Below are positions 26,691 through 41,056 of a stretch of 64,000 nt of DNA, in pieces. The position numbers and the translations under genes are program-made. Below the pieces are notes generated by a model that was given only the letters and a program-made list of their open reading frames with translations, did not search any database and was not told the origin of the DNA. The DNA comes from the human T2T-CHM13v2.0 reference genome, Homo sapiens. The DNA lies in the NCBI RefSeq assembly GCF_009914755.1, contig NC_060932.1; one strand, given 5' to 3'. Numbering within the stretch: position 1 is the stretch's first letter; every line of letters begins with the position of its first letter.

Positions 26691-29600
26691 GAAACACTTT
26701 AGATTATTTAGGTTCAACTTTAGCTTTCTTATTCAAACTAAAAATGCAAAGCAAACAAATAACAACATAGGCACTTTATTTGTCAGTAAATGTTGTATAA
26801 CTACTGTGTGTCAGATGTCACTTAAATGAGATACATTATGTATGCATAACTACTTATTAATCAAATTATATAGATAAAATTATACCTGCAATATAAAGTT
26901 TTAATGAGGATTTAATAAGATGATACATGGAGAAAGCTTATTAATACCTGGCACATAGTTGGCACTCAATTATTATTTTCTATTATTATTATATGATCAA
27001 TATTATGGTGGCCAGACAATTAAGTAGCTTAAGCAAGGTCCCAGTAGGTAGGTAGATAGGTAGGTAGTTAGGAAATCAGGACTCAAACCCAGGTCTATTT
27101 GATTCTACTATACATGCTCTTAACAATTAATTGGCTACAATTATATGATCTAAGCCAAGCACTGTATAGAACATTTGGGAGGGAAAAATAACATTCTCCT
27201 TCCTCAAGGTCTTAAAGTCAAGGTGGCTTCTATTTTATAAGTGTTACCAATTCTAAAAAGCAGCAGGATGGAAATCTATGCAACATGGATGACACAAGGA
27301 AGAAAATGTCCAGTCAACTGCTTTGGCTTGGTTTTACCTCTGCCACTTTTGATCAAAGTTCTTTCAAACCTTGTCTTCCCCACCTCACGTCCCACACCAA
27401 GATACTTCATCTCTCATATGTCTCTCCTGCATCTTGACATCTCACAAATTGAAATGCTTGCTCCCATTTCCAGAAACCAGCATGGTTCTCAGGGACAATG
27501 GTTTCCAAGGGGCCAGCACATGTAAGTCTATGGTGGCAGGCCTTTGACACAAATCTTGGTGTATTTGGCCTTCTGTCTTGGTCTCAGCATCAAATGAATG
27601 AGGGAGGAGATGAGCACATCAATAGCAAGAAAATGGTAGATAGGCAGCCTTCACCATTCTTTAAGGACTGACAAGTATGACGTGGACAAAGTTTCAGCAT
27701 AGGAAAGGACTCTCCTTGTAAAGTTCTCTCCTCCTCAAGTTCTCCTTTGTCTTAAAACCATATTGTTGCTCAGCTAAATATACTTCTGCCATAAACAAAA
27801 GAAGGAAACCTTCTTATTCCTGAAAGGTGGGTAGAACCCAGAAATGGAGAATTTGACTTAGAAGTAAGTTTTCATTTTCAATACCTGTAGAATTCCATAG
27901 ACACAGCATGCTGAGCCTACGGGTTTTTGTTTCCACCAGTGGCAGACCCTTTCCTACTAAGCCCTTGGTGACCAATGACAATTGCAAACAAGAACATTCC
28001 TAAAACACCACTTTCTATTGCAGACTGCTTTGCCCCCAGCTCTAGCCCAGCTGGTAATTGGACTCACAACTATAAAATGGATGTGACAGCAGGACAAGTT
28101 GAGGTTTGGGCTTCAGTGAGCTCTACCACTATCCAAACTTTAATTACAGACTTGTCATTGTACCTCAGCCTGTAAAATATGCCTGTAGAGCAAATCAGTG
28201 TTCATAGTCCAAAGGACATAGAAAAGGATAGTGGTTAAAATGGGGAAAGTATCCTCTCTCGCCTTGTAATCTCAAACAATTGGATCCATAGAACATTGAC
28301 AGTCAATAAATATGGAACTGCATGAAATCATTTTTATAGGCATTTTATGAGTATAATAACAAGGAGAAGGATTGCCCGTGACTGAGATGCAGTTTATGGA
28401 AATGAAAGTTTGGTTGGTTCTCTCTATATGCCCTCCTTTTGCATCTTTCACAGAAAAATGATTTAGCTATTTCTAGTTATATGTAAATATATACATATAT
28501 TTATTTTGAGCCTTCTGAGGACAGTCACAATGAATTTGAAATCTTGGTTTTTTACTGATTTTATACTAATTAATGTGTGTTTTATTGCAATCCATTTATA
28601 CTTAATGATGCATCCAGTAGCACTACAATTCGGAAGATGTAAATGATGTGATATTTTAATGGGTTTGTTTTTTTTTTCCTAACCTTGTATATGTCATGGG
28701 GTAATAAAAAGGAAATTATCAGCCTTGGTTCATTTTCTAGGTTAGGAAAGGGTATTTTGCAACTTTCTTAATTGAAAGTTTGGTTTCTCCATGGTCCTAC
28801 TTAATTCCTTAAAGCCTATTCAGACAGCCAGAGCAGCGTTTGAGCAAGTCATTACCACATGTGAATGCATTAGCTTGGAAATTGATTAATCCATCATGTG
28901 AATGTTTTCAACCACTCCAAGGCAAACAACAAAATTCTAATGAAAATCCATTGTACGTGGTGAGGGACAACACCATTGACAAGGACCTTCAATCAATCCA
29001 AAGGCCTCCGTTAACCTTTCTTGGAGTTGGATTTGTTGTGCTATGTAGTTTAACAAGATTAAAGATGTGACTGGGTCAAATTAAGCAGGATATTTCTTGT
29101 GTATCAGGGCAAAATTGGTCTGCAATGTTAGGTGGCTGGAAGTAAGGGAGCAAGCATTCAATGCAGCATCCAAAAACATTGCTTTCTTTGATGGATGCAA
29201 AAACAAATACTTCCCCCCGCCTCTTTTCCCTTCCTCCTTTCTTCCCTCCCTCCTTTCTTCCATTGTTCTCTCCTTTTCAGTAACCAGGTCTATTAATGCT
29301 TTCCTAAATTACATTTTGTATGGTTTATTAGAAAGAACACCTACACATATAAATCCTTTAGTGCCAATTTATAAGAGGGAATTTATTATTCTAAATTATT
29401 ATCTAAATTTTATTGATAGAGTTTAAGGGACTTGGCCAAGATTGCAAACAACTAAAGGCTAAAGTGAAACTTAAATCTAATTTTACAACACATAATAATC
29501 ACCTTAATTATGTATTATTATCCCCATCTTATAACAAAGGACATAGAGGGAGTAAAAAAAAAAATCCTACCCAAGATTATTCAACTACTAAGCACAAAAC

Positions 29601-29736
29601 TAATATCTGAATCCCAACTCTGTCTGAGTGTAAAGAAGGAATGATTGTGCACTATGGCTTCTGAACAACATGTAATAAATAAAAGCTTATGGAATCCTGT
29701 GTAATGTTCAGGATGGAGAATAAGATCCTATTCTAG

Positions 29737-30076
<340 letters not shown>

Positions 30077-30199
30077 TCTTTGTTATTTTTTTTTTTTATG
30101 AACTTAAAATACCCTACCAATTTCACATTTAATTTGAATTACAGCATGCAAGTTTATGCAATATAATGGCAGAAAAACAAATAAATATAAATTATGGGT

Positions 30200-30970
30200 C
30201 AGGTAGGACCCATCCTACCTCATAATTGAGTGTATCATTAAGGCAGAGTAGTACTGGCTCGTAAACAGATAAGCAGGACATAGGATGGAGTAAAAAGTAC
30301 AGAATTAAACCAAAATATGTATTAGAATTTTGCATTTGATAAAAATGAAATTATAAATCAGTGGAGAAAAAGTGATTATTTAGTAATCTATGTTAAGAAA
30401 AGTTGTAGTGATTTGGAGTAGGATATCTTGAACCTTACACCAAAATAAATTTCTAAAAAGCATACAATTACTAGAGAAAAATATATATACATATAAAATC
30501 ACAATGTGTATAAGGCCTAAGTATGGCATAAAATCCAGATTCTCTAAGTTTGATGAATTTAGCAACACAAAAACAAGCCTGCGCAGGGGAAAAAATATAT
30601 AAAGAATGCAAAAATAGAGAAATGAAAAATCTGTAACATCAAAAGGAGAAACAAAAGGTCAATTTCCTTAATATATAAAAATCATGGTAAATCAATAAGG
30701 AAAAAAGCCCTCTACTGTAAAACATAGGCAAAGAATGTAAAATTACTGTTCAAATAATAAAAATATAAATGGCTCTTAAAACATTGAAAAATACATTATT
30801 AATTCTGCCTATAAAAAAACGCAACTGAAAGTATAGTGGAATATCATTTTCCAGGTACCAGATAGGCAAAGATTCAATAGGTCGATAACATACTGTGTCG
30901 AAGAGAAAACTGATTAATAAACATATTTCTATCTTGCTGTAGGAATGTAAATTGATAGAATCTCAAGGGA
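30200..30970 (+). mobile_element. Ancient L1ME ORF2 3' fragment
   Basis: A-rich; aatcagtggagaaaa, accttacaccaaaataaatttc, ggaatgtaaattg motifs. Confidence 0.55.
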
Positions 30971-31828
30971 AGGGAGGTTGACCCTTGTCCATTCTTCTAT
31001 CCATCCTCCCCTTACACATTCTGTGTCGTCTTTTGTGTACTGTTCTGTGTCCTAAGAGGCTAATCTCTCTAGACTTCTTTGCCTGTTGGTTTCTGGTTGG
31101 CTTCAGCAAATGGGAGGTTTTAGAGGGGTTGAAGTATCTGACTGACTCCTTGAAGGTTGCACATAATAGTCAATTCAGTACTATCATATATTGGTAGAGT
31201 TTAACTTTCATTTGGAGGAATGACTGGTCACTAGGGAGGGTTGACTTGGAAGCTTCACCTGCCTTCAGCAAACCAGCTCTCATCCCAAATCTGCATAGTC
31301 CCTTCAGCCCAAGGAAGTCCCATAGCAAAGAAATACACTCAAACGCCTTTGTAGAAAACTTACTGGCCATGAATTATTCTCTCAAAATGCCTGTTTCTTC
31401 AGTGATATTCCAAAATATTTTCCAAACTTAGAAGGCATTCTCACTGATAGTTTTTTGTGTGCTGTTTGGGTTTTTTAAGTATACTATTCTGTCAAACTTT
31501 TAATACCCTAGTAGCCCTCTACTACCGCACTAATATTTAATACCCACCTAGACTGTCACACCTTGTGCCTGTATTAATCTCGCCCTGAGGATGCTATTGG
31601 CATCCCAGGAAGCCATCATAACTCTGTCTGAGGAAGCCTTCACAGAAGAAGTGGCTACAAAACTAGGTTCTGAAAGACGTCAAAATTTGCCAGGAGAAGT
31701 CGGAGGAGAAATAGTCTTCAAAGAAGACTGTGTGGGAGAGCATGATAAGAAAGAAAAAAAAGCAGAATATGTTCAAAGATGACAAGGAATTCTGTGTGGT
31801 TGTAACTCAGAATAGAATGCAGAACAGA

Positions 31829-32261
<433 letters not shown>

Positions 32262-33242
32262 TCAAGATGCTCCGTAGATACATTGTTCCTTGTCAAAATC
32301 TTGGAAAGCGGGGCGTCTTTTAACTCTCTTAGAGATCTTCGAAGCACAGTAGCATAGTGTAAGCTCTGAGAATTCCTGCAATGTAAAACCTTCTCAGCTT
32401 TTTTTAAATTCAGGATTCCAAGTTTTTATTTTTAGGGGGTCAAACTAGAAAGTCAGAAGTTTGCAGAGTATACCAGCCAGGGCTGGTACTTCAGCAACAT
32501 GGTACTAGAGGCAGAACCTTAAGAAAAATGTTCAGTATTTATATAAGCAAAGTTCATAGCTTTCTCAAAACCATAACAATGATAACTGGGACTCTGACAT
32601 AAGAAAATGAATTTTTTAGTGCCTATTTTGTGGAACTGGAAGCATCCGAAAGAAGGTCCAGAGAACCTGAAAAAGAGAAATGAAAATTAGATTATAATAA
32701 AATACATCTTTTATCTATTTCTAAATGAGGAGGGTTTTATATATAATTATAGTTAATTATACAAAACTGAGTTTAAGATAACTACCTAGTAAACTGCTTA
32801 TTGATTTCCATTTGCAATGCTTCTTCCATTTGTTGCTTATTTTCTTCCACAGTAGGCCAGGCTGGGTTAGGGGGTAGTGGATAGGCTAAGGGGTGTCAGT
32901 TGAGGACCCAGAAATTAGAGGAGGGGGTCTTCGGTTTTTTTTCTTCCTTTTTTTCTTATTTCTTTTCTTTCCTACCCCTGCAAGTCCCTCCAACACAGGC
33001 CATCTGTCCCTTCTTCCCTAGAGTTAAAAGCAACCTACGTCAGATTGAAATGGATAAAAAGATAAATCACCACCCCTCTGCTGAACACAGAAAGCTAAAA
33101 GGGAGAAAGAAATTGCATTTGCCTTTGCACTCAATATATCAAAGTAATTTATGTCAGAGCCACTCTGCCTGCTTTCATACATATTCGGTTTTAAATAAAA
33201 TCAATCTCTCCAAACCTGTAATCGCTTTCTTTGTAAGACTCC

Positions 33243-33269
33243 AAAAAAAAAAAAAAAAAAAAAAAAAAA
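33243..33269. repeat. Poly(A) tract
   Basis: About 27 consecutive A. Confidence 0.95.
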
Positions 33270-33644
33270 GAGTTGCTAAAATATGGTTCCATTAGAGGCC
33301 AAGTTGGTTTATTGCCTTACAAAATCATTCATTCTAATGAGATGTAAGGTTAAGAGACATTCCTACGAACATATTAAATGGCTAATAACCATTCAGGAGC
33401 TGGTTAAAGCTCACATTAAAAACAGGCAGAGAAGGGTTAATTGGGCAGACTTTTAGACAGTAGGAGGAGAGGAGCCCCAGAAGGAGATGGGGTTGGAGCC
33501 AACTCTAGCACAGTGGGAGCAACTGCTGAGACCAGGAAGGATTTCCTTTATGCTGAGGGTATCATGAGGATCAATCGGGGGTCAGCTCTACCTCCTTCTG
33601 GGACCTCCCTAAGGGAGAAAGAAGGGCAGCCACCATTTCTGAAT

Positions 33645-34460
33645 GTTGACTGTAATAATGGCACACACTTGTATAGTAGTTACTCTCTGCCTCACACTGT
33701 TCTCTATCCCTAATGACCCTGTGAAGTTAGTGCTGTCATTTCCCCCAATTTACAGAAGAGGAGACTGAGACATCAAGAGCTTAAGTAATTGACCAGTGTC
33801 CTCACATGGCTGTTAGACAGCAGATCTAGAACTCAGTCCCAGGTCATCTAGTGCAGGATTACCCATGCTTAGCCACTCTACTCTCTTGCCTCCTTTCTAA
33901 TCTATTAGTTTCTGCATATAAGTCTCCATTTTCAGTCACCACAGACACTGTGAGCAGTGTACCAGTATTCTCTTTTTAAGATGAGGAAACTGAGGCTCAG
34001 AAGGTTTGGAGTGTCTCTCTCTCAAAGCCTGAGTTCTTTCCTTAGCAGAGACTAGTGAAGTGCTGATCAGAAAGGGCAACGGCAACCAAGAAATTGCATC
34101 TCACCACCAAATGTTATCTACCACTAACTCTGAACTACATACAGCATTTTGTTTTGTTTTGCTTTGTTTGTTTTTTATCTTGAGTCATGTATACCTTCTA
34201 TAAAGAGTTGACCATGAGTCAGCATTACTGAGAAAGAAAGAGAAATTCTAAAGTCAGAAACACATGGCTATGAAGAAATCCCAGCTTCACTACTGAGCAG
34301 CTGCAACTGATTAGCTCTGGGCTGGTTACATTATCTCAGCTTCAGAGTTATCACTGAAATGGGAATGATCATCCTTGTTCTGGGAGTTGCAGGATTAAAT
34401 CGTGAATGTGAACTCAGAGCATAATGTTGGGCACCCTGAAAGCACTTGGTTGGTGAGTGA
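33645..34460. mobile_element. Cluster of MIR fragments
   Basis: tttacagaagaggagactgagac, gatgaggaaactgaggctcagaagg (antisense); cttcagagttatcactgaaatgggaatgat...gcaggattaaat (sense). Confidence 0.65.
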
Positions 34461-35624
34461 GGACATGCTGATTGTTGATTGCCTGTCTCACACCCTCCCA
34501 ACTTCCTCCCAAGCCATACGCTGGTGCAGACCTTATCAGGGAGAGACAGGGAAAGGTCATAATATAAAACGTGTGCCCAGGGTGGGAAAATGTAATGCAA
34601 GAAAAGGAGACAATTCTCTGATGCTGAGTATACTAGTCATTTTGCAGTTTGGGGTGGAAAATTAGAGATGATTGAAGGAAACTCTAAATCCATCCCCTAG
34701 ACAGGCATTGCTCATCTTCCTAGTACCTGGGGCTTCTGAAAACTGCATTGCTTCTCTGTTTTCCAGATAGGACACATGGTCTAAAGGGAGGGTGATAATA
34801 AGAACATTGATCACCTACAAGTTAGCCAGGTAGGTGCCAGGAAGACACACTTAGAGTCCCCGTCCCTCTGTGAAATGAACTGAGACATAAGAAAAGGCAC
34901 ATCACCTGCTGGCTATGGGACCTTGGTTGTATACTCTCCAGCTGCAAAACTCTAATGTTTATTTCTGAACTGAAGATATCTAATACTAGATTCAACAGCT
35001 GAAGATTATTATAAACATGAAAAATAGCTGAGAAATTTCAATTAAATTCAACAAAGCTGTATTAGTCTTCAATGCCCTGAATATATGCTAAGCCCTTGAG
35101 AATTGAAGGAGAATAAAAATCATGATGATGGCTGTAGTGTATAGTACTATTGTTTAGAGAGGCATATAATGAGGCACTTAAGAGCAAATCTTGGAACTAG
35201 ATCTTCTGGCTTCAAATCCACCTCCATCATGTATTAATAGTTTAACATTACCCAAGTTGCTCTACTTTGATTTGCCTGTAAAAAAAAAGTGATAAATGGG
35301 CTTAAATAAGGCAATAAGTATAAAGTTGTTAGAACAACTCCTAGCATATAGAAAGTAAGATGTAGATGGTAGATATTTTTATCACTGAATTTAAAGCTGA
35401 ATAGAATCTTAAACTGGCCCACTAATTTCACAGAATAGAATGCTGAGCTCCAGAAAAGCAATGGGAAAAATTAATTTCAACAGAATGAACAACTAAAATG
35501 TAAGACTTCAAAAATATTAGAAGATACAAAAAAAGGTCTTTGTGATCTTGGAATAGGAAATTTTTTAGACAAGAGACAAAAAAATTTAAAAGGAAGAAAT
35601 TAACTAACTTTTCTTCAATAATAT

Positions 35625-36196
35625 TTGTAATTAGAGAGTTAAGTCTTTGAGCCATGTGATATCAGCCTGACATCTAGCCCAACATGAAAGAAGGATAGAG
35701 ATTTGAGTTCAACATTTCAACCAATGATTCAATCAATCATGCCTACACAATGAGACCCCAATAAAAACTCTGAACACTGAAGCACATATGAGCTTCCCTG
35801 GTTAACGTAATTCTGGGCATGTTCTTACACATTAAGTGACACATCCTGACTCTATGGTGAGAAGACGTGTAAGCTGCTAATTCAAGACTCTTCTAGATCT
35901 TGTCCTATGTACCTTTTCATTGGTCTTATTTTGTACCTTTTTTTTTTGCTATAATAAAACTGTAACCATACATAGAGTACTTTCTTGAGTGCTGTAAGTC
36001 ATTCTAATAAATTATTGAATCTGAAGGAGTAAGGGGAACACCAAAATTTGTAGTGAATTGGTCAGAAGTATGGCTAGCCTGAGGTCCTTGAGCTTGCAGC
36101 TAGTGTGTGAATGAACGCAATTATGGGGAGGACTGTGCTCCTCACCTGTGATGTCTGGTCTAACTCCAGGTAGTTAGTGTTAGAGTTGCACTGCAA
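35625..36196 (+). mobile_element. MER21-like LTR
   Basis: caaccaatgattcaatcaatcatgcctac...ccccaataaaaactctgaacact...gagcttccctggtt; ends ctaactccaggtagttagtgttagagttgcactgca. Confidence 0.75.
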
Positions 36197-37588
36197 TAGC
36201 AATCAGGGAAATGGAAATGAAGAGTGAGAGATGATTTTATACCCAGTGTCTTGTCAATACTCAAAAAGCCTGGAAATAGCAACAATCAACAATGATGAAG
36301 GTAAACAGGAACTCTGATCTGGGGGTGGAAATGAATGTTGGCGTAAATTCTCTGGACAGGCTCTTACTTGAATTCCCACCAACTGAGACAAGGACCGATA
36401 AAATGAAAGGATAAGTTCCATAGCTGATGAATCCAAAAAATAAGAATTCTACCCAAGTCACTGAATTCCAAATCCATTGTGCTTTCTCCCACAATTGACA
36501 GCCTTCCAAGGTTGATGAAATAAACATTTTTAGCAAAACCTTCAACTTACTATGCTTTTTATATTAGAGAACATTTCTTATCCATTAGTTTATTCTATTG
36601 TCATAACCCTTAAGAAAGGTAAACATGATAACACAAAAAGGTTCATTAAATTAGAGGGTGATTCTGAAACTTGAACTTGTTCTCAAGAATCCAAACATGA
36701 ACAGAGATGTTATGAAAGCAGAGCTTTTCCAAAGCACATCTCAGAAGATGATCAGATTAAAGTCATGGAATTGCTACTAGCCTTAGTTTTGTTACCTGTG
36801 AAATAGGAATAACTATGTGCCATTTCATTCAAAGAGTTGTTGATATGACCATTACCTAAGTGCCAACTCCAACACCCACCCAGTACCCATGTTCTTATTC
36901 ATTTATGCATTCATTGCACCATTTTGAAATCCTGTAACAAGGCAATCAGCAACTGTGCTACATACCATGGCCCAAAGACTGCAAAGTCCACAGGAGCTCT
37001 TGGTCTAATAGGGAAAATAGGCTTATAAAATACCAGGAAAACCATGCAAGGAGAGAATGGTGAAGAACAGACAGAGAAAGGGGATGCTCAGAAAAGAGAA
37101 GTCTGCCTTAAATGTCGGGAAGGGATTTAAAACCATGATGTAGGATAAGAAGTTCACCAGGAAGGGAAAGGGAAGGATGCATCTGAAGGTAGAAGCAAAG
37201 ATATTGAAATGATCTTGACTAACCCAGCACTCTGCATTCTTAAAAGACTAATGTTAATCAGTCCACTCTCCTTTATAGTTTTTCAATCAAATGGTTTGGA
37301 ATATTCAGCTCCTCTTAATTATAACCAAGGACTAAGTTTATTAGTTTATAATTTTTATTTCTATTGCATACAAATACATTTAATTATGTATTATGTACAT
37401 TTATCTTTTGATATAAATGGCCTGATTTTATATATATGATCCTGTAGCCTCTTTCTTTTTCCCATTTGGCAATGTATCATGAGCATCTTTGCATGTTAAT
37501 GCTCATTGTTCTACCTCATTATTTTTAAAAGCCACATGGTCTTTCACTGATGCATACACAGTAATTTATTTAACCCATTTCCTTCCAC

Positions 37589-37894
<306 letters not shown>

Positions 37895-37984
37895 TGATGT
37901 GTATTTACAATTTAAAATTACAACCAAATGAAAATTCCCATAACATACATTTTCATGCTTATGCAAGGCTTCCACAAACACATC

Positions 37985-38330
37985 AATTGCATTCCCATCT
38001 CAACCTTTTCAGTTGCTTTTCCCTATTCTTGGAAAGTTCTCCCAGAAAATTATGTGACTCACCCTCACCGTGACCTCAAACAAGTCTTTCCTGGCCTCGT
38101 TATCTACAGTAATATGTCTCCATCTCCATCTACCCCTTCACCTGCTGTGTTTTAAACAGAGCACTTCTTACTAACATTATATATATTCTTGTCTATTGAA
38201 TGCCTCCCTGACTAGTGTAGAAGGCTAAACAGAGGTAGGGATTTTATTAACGTCTGTGCCCCCAATATCTAATATGCTCTTGGCACATAGCAGTCAAAAT
38301 TAATTTTTGACTAAACAAAAGAATGAATTT
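37985..38330 (+). mobile_element. L2 3' end
   Basis: tgcctccctgactagtgtagaaggc...agggattt...tggcacatagcag...aaagaatgaat. Confidence 0.65.
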
Positions 38331-38747
38331 ATTATCTGGGTAGAATTACTGGGTCAGTCATTATTAATGTTAACAGATATTGGCATGCTGCTGCTTCAAA
38401 AGGTTTATATTCTCACCAACAATGCCTATTTTGCTTATTTCACCCATGCCAGAATTGGGTTATATCAATATGTTTGGTTTTGCTCATGTTTGGTTATTAA
38501 TGGATTAGCAAGGTTATGCATTTGTTCTAACTTATTGGGAAATTGTATCTAGTGTTAAGTGCATAGTTCTGCATTCCCTGTGCTCATTTTCCTATTGAGC
38601 TCTTTCTCATTTTCTTACTGATCTGTGGGTTTTCTTTCTACTACATGATTGTTAACTTTTTTGCATAATGAACATTCTAATCAACTTCCTGGGCTGCCTT
38701 ATGCCAAAAAAAATGTGTACTGTTTGGTTATTTTGTTTTTTCTCTTC

Positions 38748-38855
38748 TATTTTTTTTTTAAGTTCTAGGTTACATGTGCAGGATGTGCATGTTTATTACA
38801 TAGTTAAATGTGTGTCATGGTGGTTTGCTGCACCTGTCAATCCATCACCTAGGTA
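38748..38855 (-). mobile_element. Very short L1PA (older, PA7-PA13-like) 3' terminus
   Basis: ttttaagttctaggttacatgtgcaggatgtgca...catggtggtttgctgcacc...ccatcacctaggta. Confidence 0.85.
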
Positions 38856-39653
38856 ATAAGGTCAAGCCTTGGGTCTCTTCTTCTATAACCACATTTAGTT
38901 TGGGACATATTACTGTGATGGCCATTTATAGAATGGGAAAGTCCACAGAGCACAGTCAGAGGCTGTTCTGTAACCACTAGAAACAGCAAGGTTCTGAACT
39001 GACTGTGGCCTTGTGCATGGGAACTGGGCCCCACAACTCCACCTGCTTCAGCAGCTTGGAATCTTCAATCTCTGCCTCATTGGGTCAGCACAAGTGCCTC
39101 TTTCCACTTGAGCTCCATCCTCATGCTGTGCGGTAATAAACATGCCCCAGACAGAAAGCCAGCATGAATATTGGGCTTCTCTCAAGGATATTTTGTCCCA
39201 AGAATACTGTCCTGTTTATTGGTAATGTCATATATTTCATCCATTTGCATAGTTGTTTAGGATAAAATAGTAAGTTATGGCTATAAATAGAAACCTGATT
39301 TTTGTATCTCTTTAAAAATTTTCCCCCCAAAATTAGATTTTACATGAAGTCCGCTGCAAAAAGTAAACTCAATCAGAATTGTTCTGTTTGAATAGAATGT
39401 AAGAGGTGGTGCCTGAATGTCCCTTTTAACATGAGGGCTCCTTGGACATAGTTTAAGACCACTTCTGCTGAAGAGAGGGAGCAAATGAAGGTGAGAGTGT
39501 GGATGATTTCCAGAAAGGCATGAGTGAATCAGTAGGGTCTAGACCAAGGATAAAAGAAAGAAAAAATACATGTTTTAAATGTTTCAAGGGACTTATACTT
39601 AACTGACATTTGAAAGGAAAGAGGGAAGAAGAGAAAGGAAAGTCAAAAATGTA

Positions 39654-40910
39654 TTAGGTTTGTGTAAAAGTAATTGTGGTTTTGGACTGTGACTTTTAAA
39701 TCATTTAAACTAGGCTCAAACACATCTTTATTAATCAAAATGGGAACCATTACAAACAACACATTTTTGCGAACGAGAAATAAGTTTGTTTATTCCTGTA
39801 GCATAAAAATCTGTGCTTCTGGATTCAATGAATTCTTGGAAAGCATTTTCTGCATCCTGCTGGTTGTGGAAGCATTTTCCCTGCAAAAAGTTGTTGGGAT
39901 GCTTGAAGAATTGGTTGTCCATTGGTGAGAAGTCAGAAGAATATGGTGGATGAGGCAAAACTTCGTAGTCCAGTTTGTTCAACTTTAAAGTGTTGGTTGT
40001 GTTACATGTGGTCGGGCATTGTGGTGGTGAAGAACTGGGCCCTTTCTGTTGACCAATGCTGGCTGCAGGCATTGCAGTTTTCAGGGCAGCTCATCAATTT
40101 GCTGAGCATACTTCTCAGATGTAATGGTTTTGCCAAGATTCAGAAAGCTGTAGTGGATCAGACAGGCAGCAGACCACCAAACAGTGACCATGACCTTTTT
40201 TTGGTACAAGCTTGGCTTTGAAAATTGTTTTGGAGCTGCTTCTGGGTCCAACCACTGAGCTGGTCATTGCTGGTTACTGTATAAAATCCACTTTTCATTG
40301 AACGTCACAATTCGATCAAGAAATGGTTCACTGTTGTGTAGAACAAGAGAACACTTCAAAACAATTTTTTCAAATTTTCACTCAGCTCAAGAGGCACCCA
40401 CTTATCCAGCTTTTTTACCTTTCCAATTTGCTTCCAATGCCGAATGACCACAGAATGGTCGACATTGAGTTCTTTGGAAACTTCTCGTGTAGCTGTAAGA
40501 GGATCAGCTTTGGTGATTGCTCTCAATTGGTCATTGTCAACTTCCAATGGCTGGTTACTACGCTCCTCATCTTCAAGGCTCTTGTCTCCTTTGCAAAACT
40601 TCTTGAACCACCACTGCACTGTTTGCTCATTGGCAGTTTCTGGGGCAAATGTGTTGTTGATGCTGCAAGTTGTCTCTGCTGCTTTATGACCCATCTTGAA
40701 CTTAAATAAAATCATTCAAATTTGTTTTTTGTCTAACATCATTTCCATAGTCTAAAATAAATATAAAATACATTGCAAGTAATCATTGGCAAAAAAAAAT
40801 GTGCATTAAAATGATGTATAACATAACCACATTTATTTTAAAATATATTCCAATATCAAATAGGAAATTTCAGCAATTCAAAAACCACAGTTACATTTGC
40901 ACCAACCTAA
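39654..40910 (-). mobile_element. Near-full-length Hsmar1 mariner DNA transposon
   Basis: TIRs ttaggtttgtgtaaaagtaattgtggtt / aaccacagttacatttgcaccaacctaa with TA TSDs (39652-39653, 40911-40912); 1257 bp. Confidence 0.97.
39731..40748 (-). pseudogene. Hsmar1 transposase pseudogene (family that donated the SETMAR transposase domain)
   Basis: MEMMLDKKQI* start; FKMGHKAAETT…TVQWWFKKFCKG…KLDKWVP; C-terminus FHNQQDAENAFQEFIESRSTDFYATGINKL…CNGSHFD. Early stop, frameshifts, TCDEK>TFNEK and HDNA>HHNA. Confidence 0.93.
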
Positions 40911-41012
40911 TATGTTGTATTTGGGGGAGGATGATGATGATGGTTTCTCATGGACCTTCTGAAGGTGGCATCACCATCACATCATTTTTAGCATTATCAT
41001 GAGCCAAAGCAA

Positions 41013-41056
41013 TTTCCTAAGTATTTTACTAAGTATTTTCCTAAGTATTTTACTAA
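41013..41056. repeat. Short tandem repeat, 12-bp unit ctaagtatttt(a/c) x ~3.5
   Basis: Seen directly. Confidence 0.85.

Noticed and set aside
39731-40748. SETMAR gene or an active transposase
   Set aside because: It is flanked by both TIRs, has no SET-domain exons, and carries stops, frameshifts and lost catalytic residues.
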